A stretch of DNA of 64,000 nucleotides from Octopus sinensis (GCF_006345805.1 NC_042998.1:89838001-89902000), one strand, 5' to 3'. Counted from the first letter of the stretch, positions 39,601 through 52,364 are shown. Numbers and translations: made by a program. Notes: generated by a model from the sequence alone, not told the origin.

Positions 39601-42600
39601 TCTTCTTCTTCTTCTTCTTATTATTATTATTATTATTATTATCATTATTATTATTATTATTAATATGCTCATTGGCTTTATATTCTGAGTTCAAATGCTG
39701 CTGAGGTCTAATTTGTCTTTCACCCTTTTGTTGGTTGATGAAATAACTACCAGTTCAGCAGCACTGGAGTTAAGGTAACCAACTAACCACCCTCCCATTA
39801 ATTTTCAGGCCTTATTCTTTTAGTAGAAAGGATTATGATTATAATAATAATTATTATTATTAAGGTGTTGAGCTTGTAGAATCATTAATGAGTTGGACAA
39901 AATGCTTAGCAGCATTTCTTTGGGCTCTTTATTCTCTGGATTCAAATGTTGAGGTCAACTTTGCCTTTCATCCTTTTGGTGTCAATGAAATAAATACCAG
40001 TTCAACACTGGGACTGGCGTAATCAACTTCCTCCTCCCCTCAAAACTGCTGACTCTGTGTTAAAATTTGAAACTATTAATCTGATTTACATTCTGAGTTC
40101 AATTGCTGCTGAAACCAAATTTATCTGTCATCCTTTGGCAGGGGTCAATGAAATAGCTACCAGTCAAGTACTGGAGTTGATGTAATCAACTAGCACTCTC
40201 TCCTAAAACTGCTGCCTTTGAGCCATAATTTGAAACCATTATTATTATTAAGGTGGTGAGCTGGGAGAATCGTTAGCACACCAGACAAAATGTTGCCAGA
40301 CAAAATTCTTAGCAGCATTTCGTCTGTCTTTATGTTCTGGGTTCAAATTCCACCATTGTCTTTCAACCTTTCAGGATTGACAAAATAAGTACCAGTCAAG
40401 CATTGGGTTTGATGTAATTGACTTGTTCCTCACCACAAATTTCAGACCTTGTGCCTATACGAGAAAGAATTATTGTTATTACCATTTTAAAATGATTTCT
40501 GCTGTTACTCTTGACACTTTTACCACTACTTCCTAATAATTTCTAAGTAAATTTACAAATTTCAATTATCCTCTGGTTTAATCTTGGGGGATTTTAAAAT
40601 TATCAACAAAAAACAAAATATACTTATTAATTATTTAAAAATAACAGCAAAAATTACTGTTCAAATCAAGCATACTGACAAAAATGAATTCATGCGAGTT
40701 TGCAGAATATGTATATTCTTGAATGTCCTGTCATTATAGAAGTTGATACAAATAAATACCAAGATTTATTCAATCAACCATTAAACAGCAAACAAAGTCT
40801 ACACATATTTTGTACCATAATCTTATATGTAAACAAATAAAATATTAACCAAATAATAAAAAAAAGAAAAGAAATATTTCAAAATATGGTAAATTTTGTA
40901 ATGAAATCCTCTTGCGTCCTATTTTCTTTTTTTGCTATTGATTCTCCTTTCTGAATTTTTACTTACATGGAATTACAAAACTGCAGTGTGTAATTTGTGT
41001 TGTGCACATGCATAAGTGTAAGTGTGTGAATGCATGCACATATGTGCATGTGCACATATTGATACAGGCTTTTCATCTATTCTGGAAATGTTGAGACTCT
41101 GAAAATAGAGAATTCCATAATGTATTCATTTCCATATTCATGGCCTTCCATGTAAACCTGCTGGAAAACAATTATTGTGCTACAGAATGGCATGTTGCAG
41201 TTAGATTTTTCACAAATGCAATGCTTTTATAATGTAGGGGATGCTTGTAAAAGTATTACATGCTAAATGTAAATATATACACATATATGGAATCATATAC
41301 ATAGCAGGGAGGGGTCTTATAAAAATGGAAAAGTGATAAGTGCAGAAAAATAGTTATGTACAAATGTGGTTGTGTGCATCACTAAGACTACAGATTTTCT
41401 TAATGAATCAGTTAGACAAAGAGAGACAGTGACCTTGAACTTTACAGACTCTTCTTCCAAAGTGTGTGAGTTCAAAGCAACTGATGCCCAATAGCTTTAA
41501 TATCTGTAACTTTATGTTAACAGGAGAAGCATGGATGGGAATGGAATCTGAGATCTGGTCTGAATCTTTTCAGAGCAGTTGCTTTTATCAGTGTAGAATT
41601 CTTAGGTCTACTACTCTAACAATTAGACCACTTTTGTGGTAACAGTACTAGAAAAATTAGACATATTCTCAAAATAAGCTGGACAAATAAAAGAACTAAT
41701 GAGTGAGTCCTTCACAAAATAAAGTGCCAGGAAAGACTGTTAAATACTATCATAAAAAAAATAAAAAGGACCTTCGCCTGCCATATATTTAGACAAAACC
41801 CGAGTCAAGTTTCTATTAACAGGTAAAAGAACAAGAAGAAGACCTAAAACCAGATTAGTGATAACATCAAAGAAGCTAGTGGCAGAATTTTTGCAGAACT
41901 TTGCAGACTGGCACGGGACAGACATGGGTGGAGGGTTGTGATAGCTCAATTATTTGAGTCTTCCATCTAGTGAGATATTGAATCAAATCTGCCATCCATC
42001 ACTATTCTATTTTTTTAGAGCAATCATTAATTGCTGTCTTTTTGAATTTCCATTCTCTTCAACAGATGTTACATTATAAATTCAAATTAAAACTAAAAAG
42101 AACTTGAATTTTCAGTAGGAAATTTTTATCAACACTCCTTTCCACAGTATCCCATCATTCTTTCTAGGTGACTGATAATTAGACATGGGAATTACTAATA
42201 GATGAAGGTTTTTACCGACTTATAGGACTTAAAAGTGTTTTTTTTCTTCCTTTTGTAGAGAATCTGAATGTTTTCCAATAGAGACAATAAATCGAATATA
42301 GAATACAAAATGTTTAGATGAGAGACAAAAGCTTTGATTGTTTCTTTAGTTATATGCATATGTTAAGGCACTTTAATATATGCATATTACTCAGATTAAC
42401 TGGTAAAATATGACTGTGGGCAGATAAGCAGAGTTTACTGTTATTAGAACAAAACAGAAACACGATAATTTAACAAATGTTTTATTAGCTTACTCTGCTA
42501 TACTGACATTTAATTATCGATAAGTAGAAGATAGAGAGAAATTGCTCAGGAATTTAACTCAGCTCCAAGTTTATTCAGTTACATCAACCAGTTTTTCTTT

Positions 42601-43339
42601 TAATTGGATCTAGGACCTGGTTTGTATAGGTATTGTGAATGCAATAACTGATATACATCCATGTCTGTGCTTGGCCAAGTGGTGAAGACATTGATTTCAC
42701 TCACAAAGTCTTGGGTTTGATCACATTTTTTGGCATCTTGAGCAAGTGTCTCTTGTCATAGGATCATATAGACCCAAATTTTATGAGTGAAATATTTCTA
42801 TTGACAGAAGCAGGTCCTTTCAGAGTGAGGCTTCAGTATATTGATCTCTAAAGATAAGAGAGCCCAAGTAGGGCACATGAATATATGACAAGTTCATTCC
42901 TAAGAAAAAAGCTCCCTTGAATTTTTAAAGGACCTGCTTCCAGTGGCCCCAAAAGAAGTTTTGCTCCATCTTTAAAAGTTTCTTTTGGAGGCCCTGGACA
43001 AAAGCTGTATGGAAGCTTGTCGGTTGTAATGTACCTGTGATTCAGAGCCTAGTTATACACATGCATCATGCTAGGCTTACCTGAGTATTATACGGTTGAA
43101 TAGTCTGTGGGATACTCAATCACTTACACTATAATAAAATGAGTTGGCATTTCACTGATAGAATAGATGGAGTTTAGGAGTCAAAGAGAATACTCCAATG
43201 CTGGGGAAAGGAAACCTCTTTTCATACAAGGAGAGAATTACAAGGGTATGACGATATACAGAGGGTGTGAAGAACGTGTGAAGGAAAATAATGTACTTTT
43301 ATACAAATTATTGAAATATTATGTATACAGGAAAATAAT

Positions 43340-43780
43340 TAACGCTACAAGCATATACATTTAATAAATTAAAGCTATACTCATAACTGGAAGGATAACG
43401 AGTAATCAATCAGTGCTTAAATCAACCAAGCAAAGACAAGGGTGACAACTCACGATGAAAAAAATCCTTTTTTAAATAACAAGTTTGAAATAAACAATGC
43501 TATTAGAGGAAGAATAATTTGATTTGGAAACTATTAAATTACAGGAGGTCTTTTTCCATATGAGTTTTAGCAAATTCGAAAACCTGTGTTTGTAAGAAGA
43601 CCAGTCAAGTAAATACGAGTGCAACCATTAGAGAATACAAAAGATCTGCAGATAAAAACTCCTAAACAACAAAATGAGCTAACAATAAATTGTAACAGTA
43701 AAGGTAGTATTGTAGTACTGATGGACACAGAATACTACGAAAACTTAGCACTGTCCCTGCTAGAAACCTATTCTCATCAC
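43340..43780 (+). mobile_element. Penelope-like element remnant (region upstream of RT)
   Basis: ELTINCNSKGSIVVLMDTEYYENLALSLL resembles the PLE motif IxIKPADKGxxVVxMDxxxY. Degenerate. Confidence 0.5.
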
Positions 43781-43789
43781 AAAGGGACT

Positions 43790-44165
43790 CAACTACATGG
43801 TCCCTGGTTAGTCCTTCTGCATGGTACATTGGGCGTCTTCTATTTTGGCCCTGGGTCGACCAAAGACTTGTGAGCGGAATTAGTAGGCACCAACTGAAAG
43901 AAGTCTGTTGTATATACGTGTGTGTGTGTGGGTGGGTTGATGTGGGTGTGTGGGTGTGCGTGTGTTCATGTCTGTGTTCATATTCCACCGCCGCTTGACA
44001 GCCGGTGTTGGTGTGTTTACATCTCCGTAACTTAGCAGTTCTACAAAAGAGAACAATAGAATAAGTGCCAGGCTGAATAAGTACTGGTGTCAATTCGTTT
44101 GACTAAAATTCTTCAAGGCAATACTCCAGCATGGTCGCAGTCTACTGAATCAAGTAAAAGATGAA
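43790..44165 (+). mobile_element. Composite SINE family B with internal (GT)n, near full length; 3' halves also at about 19950-20050 (-), 47166-47420 (three, -), 51105-51165 (+) and 61560-61780 (-)
   Basis: The head/body (ctgggtcgaccaaagacttgtgagcgg...actgaaagaag), then the microsatellite, then cgcttgacagccggtgttggtgtgtttac...ccagcatggtcgcagtc...aagtaaaaga. The same tail recurs at the listed sites. Confidence 0.8.
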
Positions 44166-45823
44166 AGAACAACAGAAAATGATGAACAATTTTTCTTTCT
44201 TACTTCACTTACATGGAAAGAGTCTGACAAACAAAGAAATCAACTATTTAACAAATTTTTTATGTTTTTTCCTCACAAAAATCCACAAAAGCCGGGTATT
44301 TGTATTCCTCATCCAAGCTTTGTAGAATGACGATAATTGTTGGGGACTAAAATATTTGATCACTCTGAAGAGAAAGGTCAGTAGTTGGGATGCAATTTTA
44401 TTTGTGCTAAAGGTGCGCTTTTCGCCAATAAAAAAACCCATTTAACAATGAAGCCCAACATTTGGAACGATTGCTGTCAAGGGAAGTGCAAACTCTCAAT
44501 AATTTTTATAATGAATTTACAGTTTGTTTGTACATATTTTCCTGCAATTTCATTCAACAATTGTTTGACAAAATTACAGTTAGGACTAAGGCAGCAACTG
44601 ACAGAATCGTTAGCACGCCAGGTAAAATGCTTAACGGCATTTCGCCTGTCTTCGTGTTCTGAGTTCAAATTTGCCTTTTATCCTTTCGGGATCGATAAAA
44701 TAAGTACCAGTTGAGCACTGGAGTGGATGTAATCTACTTACCAATAGCACTGGAGTCGATGTAATCAATTTACCTCTCCCCCTTGAGCCAAAATTTGAAA
44801 TCAATATTAAAATTAGGAATCAGTACTGCCTGTTCATTGTTTTGTGCACTTAGGTCAAGCGAGTGAGCTCTTCGCCGATCCATTATTTTGAGTATAATAT
44901 GCCATTGCCTAACTCAAGACCTTATGCCACAGTCCGATATGCAGTAACGAGTCATACGAGTATAGTATGATAGTTAGAATGTTGCCCTTTTTTTTGTAGT
45001 ACACACTCACAAACGATGGGAGAAGCCTTTTCAGTAAAAGAATAATTTTTTGTATATTTTCATAAGAAAAGGTGTGTGATTTAATGGAGATTTAGCTGTT
45101 ATTTGTAACACATCCTACGACTACCTTTGTCACTGTTAATTATATTAATGTTTTGTCACTATCTTTCTCCCCATTAACACATTTACGCTATTAAAAAAAA
45201 AGGATCTTTTCTGTTTGGTTGCCAGTGGCTCCAAAAGTTGAAGTTTACCGAAAATTTAAAAATTTGGCACAATAATACACTTGCCCAAGCTGAATTGATG
45301 GAGTTATTTCATCTTTTCCTGAAAATGTTTTTAAAAAGTTATAGAGCTTTAATGTTTGATGAATTTCACCCAGTCAGGAAACAGGATTTGAAAGCTATCG
45401 TTTTGTACGTGATTGCACATTTTGTCGTCGATATCCTGAAAATAGCACGTGTTGTCAATATTTGTAAACAACACATGTTATGTCTCCGATCATTTTCTTT
45501 CGTGTAAATAAATATTATTTAGCTGTTATTTTTAGCACACTTCATAACCACCAGTGTCTAATGCAAATGCGATATAAAAAAAACACGTTACATGCGATAA
45601 ACACTTTACAATTTTTAACAGAAAGATTTATAAGAATTAGATGAAAGTTTTCCGGTAATTTTCTTTCATGTCAATAAATGTTTATGCTAATTTAAAAGAG
45701 CAAAAGCAATTAGTTTTAAATCTCTGAGCGAGATGTTGACAAATACAGTTTTAATATGTTTAATTACAATTTAAATATGCTTAAAAAAAAACATTTAACT
45801 TTCGGTTTTAATTTTTAAAATAC

Positions 45824-45848
45824 CCTCATCTGTTTTCAATGTTTCCAT
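45824..45848 (-). CDS. Candidate first coding exon of an unidentified minus-strand gene (METLKTDE-)
   Basis: ATG lies 115 nt from the X-box and is followed by a GG|gtattt donor. It is phase-compatible with an 11-nt exon at 44213-44223 (tttctttgtttgtcag / gtaagt), giving METLKTDEDSFH. No homology recognised. Confidence 0.25.
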
Positions 45849-45962
45849 AATAGAAGCGAAGTTACTGGAGCTTGCTGCAATAATCATACAGAACACGTCA
45901 AATTTGTCAATGCGTGCTTCCTCGTAAATAAAAGACTTTTCAAAGACTGCTAGGATTCGTTT

Positions 45963-45976
45963 GTTACTATGGCAAC
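45963..45976. promoter_or_regulatory. RFX X-box motif GTTACTATGGCAAC
   Basis: Exact fit to the X-box consensus GTYNCY-AT-RGNAAC, in a repeat-poor, CpG-containing segment (about 45.8-46.3 kb). Function is inferred, not shown. Confidence 0.55.
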
Positions 45977-46404
45977 AGGCACGTTGAGAGACAAAAGTGT
46001 TCTCATGTTCCGCTTCTTACTATCGAAAGAGCCATGAATGTGTCTGAGGCTTACGACTGGCTAAAATTACCAATATTTTCGAACTTTAATTAATAATAAC
46101 TCTTTTATTTATTGATTTATAGCGATAATTACTTTCACGCCTATAAAAGTGTATCATTACACCGAATGTGAAATCAATTCGAACCGAAAATTGACGCTGG
46201 TAATCAAACAGAAAAGATTCAATATAATCTGAAAATTTCTGATTTTTTTCACACTACATTGTTTCTGTTTTAAATTTTAAAATATTGGCAAGCGTGAGAA
46301 GATCACTGCTGCAGTTTATCCACAATGATTAAAAAAAAAGAAAAGGTATCTAAAAGATGATTTATTTTAATAGTATACTTTTCTGTCTGTAAATATGTTT
46401 TCTT

Positions 46405-46437
<33 letters not shown>

Positions 46438-47027
46438 AACGACCTCGGTTGTATGTGTGGGGGTGGATTTAAATTTCAATTTTTTCTTGTTGCATAGATC
46501 CCAGCAATGTACCACTTACATGTTACTTCCACATCAGCATTTCATAAAATGTGCTTATGAGAAGAAAGTTATTGAAAAGATCAATATATGTGACTGTGTC
46601 AAAGAAACGAGGAAGATGGTCGTGGAATGTGCTAGAAGCAATTGCGAAATCTCCCTTAAATCACACCTTTACCTTTGAAAATAATTACAATTTTTTTTTT
46701 ACCCGAAAAGGCTTCACTCATGGTTATAAGAATGAATTGATAGCATTGTAGTTGCGGGTGGGCCCCCTTAGTCTCTGGGTAACAAATACTTTTAGACCCA
46801 ATCTGTCACTGAGTACAATAGCCAGCGTACAGTGTTCCAATGAAATAACGTTTTCCTAGTATACTTAATTGAGGACTTTGTGTCATTGTAAGAACGGGTT
46901 TTTTAGTATAGTTATCTGTAACTTAATCTTACATTCAAGTGATGTAAGAGTTGTACAAGTGATGTACGAGTTTAGCCGGCAGTTTGCCTATTGAAGCAAC
47001 AGAGTGCCGAGCTAAATAGATCAAATA

Positions 47028-47688
47028 GGATCCGGACAAGAGTCCCCTAGGACAAAGCCCCTCTGACAAAAGCCCCTTCGTCAAAAGCCCCTTAGTTAAA
47101 GTGCAAAAGTGGTTATATCTTTTAGTTATTTTTCGTTTTCTTTTTTAATTTTCTAAAAAATTTTTATAACTTGTTTCAGTCATTGAACTGCAGCCAATGC
47201 TGGGGCCCTGCCTTGAGGAATTTTTTGTCGAATGTATCAAGCCCCAGAATTTTTTTTTATTTTTTGCTTCTTTCAGTCAGACTGCGGCCATGCTAGGACA
47301 TCGCCTTGAGGAACTTTTAGTTGACTGTATCGACCCTAGAATTTTTTTTTATTTTCTTACTTGTTTGAATCATTAGACTGCGGCCATGCTGGAGCACCGC
47401 CTTGAAAAATTTTTAGTTGCAGAAAAATCAAGGTGTAACAGGATTATGGCATCGAAGGCTAGTCGTTCAAACGTACTTCTTATCGTTTCTATCTTTGTAC
47501 ACATTTCTTGAAGTAACAGATTTCCTTTTGTTAGAATTCAAACAATATGTACAGTGAGTAGTAAAGAGTCTTGTCTTCTGATATGCTATTCTACTTATTT
47601 ATTTTCGATTGAATATATTTTTGTTTACTTAAAAATTAGAAATTTTGAAAATAAAAGTTTCTTTACAATAAATAATAACAACAACAAC

Positions 47689-47720
<32 letters not shown>

Positions 47721-50700
47721 AATTATTGTATACAGTGCTCAGGTGCACCACAACTTGTCAAAAGTGCGTATAAAGCATATGCAGTAATGTACAAATGTCT
47801 GGGAAGTGAACAGTGTATGAGTCAGATACATGCTTGCGTGTGTATGGAGGGGAGAAAATCAGGTGTAGTGTTGGCGAATCTCAGCTGCCAGACGTCGGAG
47901 TTTCAATGTATCCATGCCCAGGGGAGTAAGGCGTTCAGAATATGGCAAATGCCTGATGGGGGGTATTCTCTTGGTTGCACGTTGCTGAACGGTTTCCAGA
48001 CGATTAATATCCTGGGCAAGATAGAGGTTCCAGACCGGTGATGCAAATTCCAGGTGAGGCCGCACCATAGCTATATAAAGCCTCAGATAGATAGCCGGAG
48101 AGCGGCTCACAAAGGACTTGGTGAGTGGTGCTAAGACACCCTCAGCCTTCTTGGCAATTTTAGCAATGTGTTTTGTCCAACGCAAATCGCTGTCAACAAT
48201 AATGCCCAGGTCACGTTCACAAGAAGACTTTTTCAGATTAGTGTTGTGGAGGGAGTAAATAGACGCTGGGTTTTTCCTCCCAAAATGCATCGTGATACAT
48301 TTGTCCACAGCCAGCTTGAGTTGCCAGTCCATGATCCACTGCTGCATTGTGTCAGGCCTGATTGCAATAAAGATCTATAGTGTATAGGATCTGTCCTCTT
48401 TATTTCGAGGTACAACTTGATGATGTCATCTGCATATTTCAGCACTGTGGCATTCTTTAAGTTGGCATCTATGTCATTAACATATGCAACAAATAAAAGG
48501 GGGCCAAAAACAGATCCCTGTGGTACACTAGATATCATCTCATAGGGTGAAGAGTGCTGTGCTAGAACTGTGACAACTTTTCGGCCAATGATGAAGGACT
48601 TCAACCAGTTATAGAGATCATCTTTTACACCCATTGCAGAGAGTTTCACCATAAGTCTTTTGTGTGGCACAGAATTAAAAGCCTTAGCAAAGTCCAGGTA
48701 AACAACATCCACCCAGGAGCTGCCATCAGTGATTCGGGTAATGTCCTCAAGAAACTCGATGAGTTGATTACAGTAGCTGGAGTTAGAATAAATCCAAATT
48801 GTGACGGCTGGATGAGGCTGTGAGACTTCCAGAAGTTCCAGAGGGTTTTTCTGACACAGGATTCCATTAGTTTGGCGATGCCGCTAGCAAGATTGATGGG
48901 GCGATAGTTGACAGGCGATGTGCGGTCACCTTTTTTGAACAGAGGGATAACACTGGCAGTTTTCCACTGCTCTGGAGTAACACCATTGTCAAGACAGAAT
49001 TGAAAGAATAGTGGAAGTTGGTTTAGAAGAAAGTACCTACCTCGTTTGAGAAGTAGGTATGTAACACCATCGAGACCAGGAGAGGCATAGTTACGTTTAT
49101 TTTTAAGGTGGCGTTGTAGCATTGCTGGTGTAAATTTCACAGTAGTTATAGAGTCCGGTGTCAGAGGTGATGGAGATGGAACATTTTGATCTTCGACAGT
49201 AAAGACGCCTGCATAACATCCAGCAATGATTTCTGCACATTCTTTGGGATTGTCAGTAATCTGGCCTGTGTGGGGGTTGCAAAGGGGGCTAACTTGAGAG
49301 TGAGGTCTCTGTTTTGAATGTACATACTTCCAGAACACTTTGCTATCAGGGTTGGTTGCTATGCGCTGTTCGAATTCAAGCACTGCCCTTTTTGTCACCT
49401 GCTTGAGATGGTTGGATGATCTATTGCACTTTTTCTTGTTGATCTCTGATTTGTGCATTTTGTATTCCTGTTCAGCATTACGGCGTTCTTTCCTGGCAAG
49501 TCGGACTGCTGCAGTCTCCCAAATTGCACTATTGGGTGGGGCTTTTTTGTGTGCTTGCGTGGTACTGATACTGCACATGCCGTCCATATTGAATTCAGAA
49601 TGTTCTGAAGTATAGTGTTCACATCTCCAGAAGCATAAAATTCGAGCAGCTCGGTACAATAAGAGTTCCAGTCTACTTTATTCCAGTCGAAGCGGGCAGT
49701 TTGAAGATGGTTGTGGATTTTGTTACAACCAATCAGAGAAAATTCGGCCATGATCATGGAATGATCAGAGTCACCTAAAGGTTTTTCAGTAGTGACACTA
49801 ATAATTGTTTCAGGAGAAGCGGTAAATAGCAGATCCAAAGTGCTGTTACCCCTTGTGGGGGAGGTAACGACTTGGGACCAATTTGAATTCAGCACCAGTT
49901 CAAGGAAATCGTCTGCACTTTGCGGCCAACGGAAGGCCTCCCAGTCAATCTCAGGGAAATTGAAGTCCCCCGCAATATAAACATAAGTGGCTGTTTTCAT
50001 GGCAGCAACTCTGAGGATATCAAAAGTTGTGTGTCTTGATGATAATTTGAGGGGCGGTAAACAACTCCAAGTAGAAGTGTTGACATAGTCATTTGTACAT
50101 TGCAGAAAAATACTTCTTGTTGAGATTGGTTCAAATTATCACAAGAAATTGCCGATAGATTTGAACGAACGTAGACCATCACACCCCCACCACGGCGATT
50201 AATGCGGTCTTTGCGGAAAAGGTTGTAGCCGGCTATGCTGAAAACCCCATCTCAGAGTGCAGAATGTGCCCATGTTTCCGTGACTGTGATGAAATCTGGG
50301 TCGATACTTTTGACGTAAGAGTCAAAAAGATGTACCTTGTTGCATAAACTACGGGCATTTAAGGACAGCAGTTTGTATCTGGAATTCAGATGACGATGAT
50401 ATACAGGGGATGGCTGATTGTTCTTGTTTAGTTTCCCATGATTGCCAGTTATGGGTGCAGTATGCTCAGAACAACTGATATCCCTTATCCATGACTCACC
50501 AGACTGATATCCCTTATCCATGACTCACATGATTCATCGTTGCGTAGGCTAAAGTTTTCCTGTGGCACAGGATTGCGATTTCCGTTTTTGTTTACGTGAA
50601 ATTATTTTAAAAATTCAAGAGATTTGGCTGTTATGTCTAGCCTGTGGGGAGACCTTTTAGTCTTACATTCATGCGATGGTTGAAAATCGCCTAAAACAAT

Positions 50701-50775
50701 TCTGGGATCGATACATTTGGCTAAAGATTCTTCAAGGCGGTGCCCCAACATATCCGCAGTCTAATGATTTAACAA

Positions 50776-50843
<68 letters not shown>

Positions 50844-51264
50844 CGGAGATGCACTTGCATAGCAAATGACCTAATCTGAGATCGTGTGCTGGAACGAAAA
50901 TAATTGCAGCGTGGAAGGTGTTTATAAGCCATTTAAGAAACACACAAAAACCGTTAGATTCACTTCAACATTTAAATTTAATTTGTCAAAATATTTTCGT
51001 CGCTTTGAGACCGCGACCTGTTCACTGACAAAACTATATATATCTCATAGAGGTCGTTTTGACCAGGCTTTAAAAAAATTCTAAGTTTCATACAGTCGTC
51101 TGAAAATTCTTTAAGCCGGGGCCGCAGCATGGTTGCAGTCTAATGACCGAAACAAGTAAAAGGAAAAAAAAAAAAAAAAACGAAAAATATAACCAAGGGG
51201 GTTTTGTCCACTTTCACACTTTTATTATGGGGATTTTGTCCGAGGGGGCTTTTGTCCTACACTC
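47028..51264. mobile_element. Mutator/MULE-like non-autonomous element, 4237 bp, with a 10-bp target-site duplication and subterminal GGACAAAAGCCCC arrays; hosts a nested LINE and SINEs
   Basis: Identical AGATCAAATA at 47018-47027 and 51265-51274. Repeated (GG/TG)ACAAAAGCCCC-type units face inward at both ends, and both termini start with G. The superfamily call rests on TSD length only. Confidence 0.75.
47719..50560 (-). mobile_element. CR1/L2-clade LINE: nearly complete but frameshifted ORF2 (APE endonuclease + RT) with (TTA)n tail
   Basis: Endonuclease motifs LSLNARSLCNK, VTETW, GVVYRP, IAGDFNFPEIDW, TLDLL and LGDSDH; RT motifs NYRPI, QFGF, YLDFAKAFNSVPH, VPQGSVFGPLLF and KYADD; then VRPHLEFASPVW. 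At least five frame breaks. Tail at about 47671-47718. Confidence 0.95.
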
Positions 51265-51556
51265 AGATCAAATACATTGCAATCTTTAGATTCGAACCGT
51301 TAGATCATAAGTTTAAAGTCCTACTGGTGTCAACATTCATTTTATTTCTTTTTTGAATCAATAGCCAAAGAACCAGTAATCAATGAACTGATTACATCCC
51401 CTGAAAAAGTTCTTCGAAAAAGCTTTAAGATGCAAATTTGAATAAAACTTTAATTAGATTAAAGTGAAAATATGTGAGACTACTTTGATTTTATATATCT
51501 TAATGTAAATTGCAATGAAGGTTCTTTTTTTATATATTTTTATTTATATATCTCAG

Positions 51557-51714
51557 GAAGCTATAGACAGACGGACGGAGAGGAGGAGGAGGAGGAGAAG
51601 AAGAAGAAGAAGAAGAAGAAGAAGAAGAAGAAGAAGAAGAAGAAGAAGAAGAAGAAAATTGTTGTTAGAAGCAAAAACAACTATCCCCGTCTTATCAATG
51701 AAAAGACGTTTACA
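51557..51714 (+). other. Candidate exon spanning a (GAG)n(AAG)n microsatellite
   Basis: Acceptor tatttatatatctcag, perfect donor gtaagt. One frame is open: SYRQTDG-E6-K20-IVVRSKNNYPRLINEKTFT. Could equally be non-coding. Confidence 0.25.
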
Positions 51715-51963
51715 GTAAGTAGTAACATGGGTGACAGATATGATACTAACCAGGTACTATATATAGATACCTGAAGACAGAGTGTGGCTATAAATGACTA
51801 TCAGATCTGCTAAAACTACCCAAGAGAGCCTCTTCAAACTATAGCCAAACACAAAATACAAGAGTAATAAAACATATTCACCCGTATATACATGTATATA
51901 CACTCATGTACGTTTTTTGCGTGTGTGTATATGTGTGTGTGCGTGCGCGCGCGCGTTTGTATA

Positions 51964-52364
51964 AAGTAGAACCTCTCAGTACGAGTGCCCCATTTTACGA
52001 GTAATTTGTTGCACGAGCCGAGAACGTGCGAATTTTTGTCTTAAAGTACGAGCGGAAATCCGCAGTACGAGCGTACAAATTGTCCCATCTTTAAAATAAT
52101 AAAGTTAACGAAACCGGTTAACATATTTCTTTTGCATTCTCCTTTTAATAATCGTCATTTTACTAGTAGCTACACCTTTTTGCGTTTTAAAACTCATGAA
52201 AGATTATTTTTGAGTAGTTTTGTGGGGCTGGGACAGACTAATTATATTTTAGTTAATTTGAATGGGGAAAATTGATTTATAAAACGAGTAAATCATAAAA
52301 CAAGTAAATTGTAAAACGAGTTCGGTCATGGAACGAATTAAGCTCATACTGCGAGATATCACTG
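51964..52364. mobile_element. Tigger/pogo-type MITE (about 400 bp), diverged TIRs
   Basis: TA|AAGTAGAACCTCTCAGTACGAG ... CTCATACTGCGAGATATCACTG. The right end read on the - strand is CAGTGATATCTCGCAGTATGAG, a CAGT-type Tigger TIR. Confidence 0.6.

Noticed and set aside
39665-40475. CRISPR-like array of repeated units
   Set aside because: The units are about 200-bp diverged SINEs in a eukaryotic context, not short identical repeats with unique spacers. No cas genes.
46457-46751. Overlapping short ORFs near the X-box (for example MRRKLLKRSIYVTVSKKRGRW...)
   Set aside because: A good acceptor lies at 46498, but there is no convincing donor and no recognisable family, so I did not call it a CDS.
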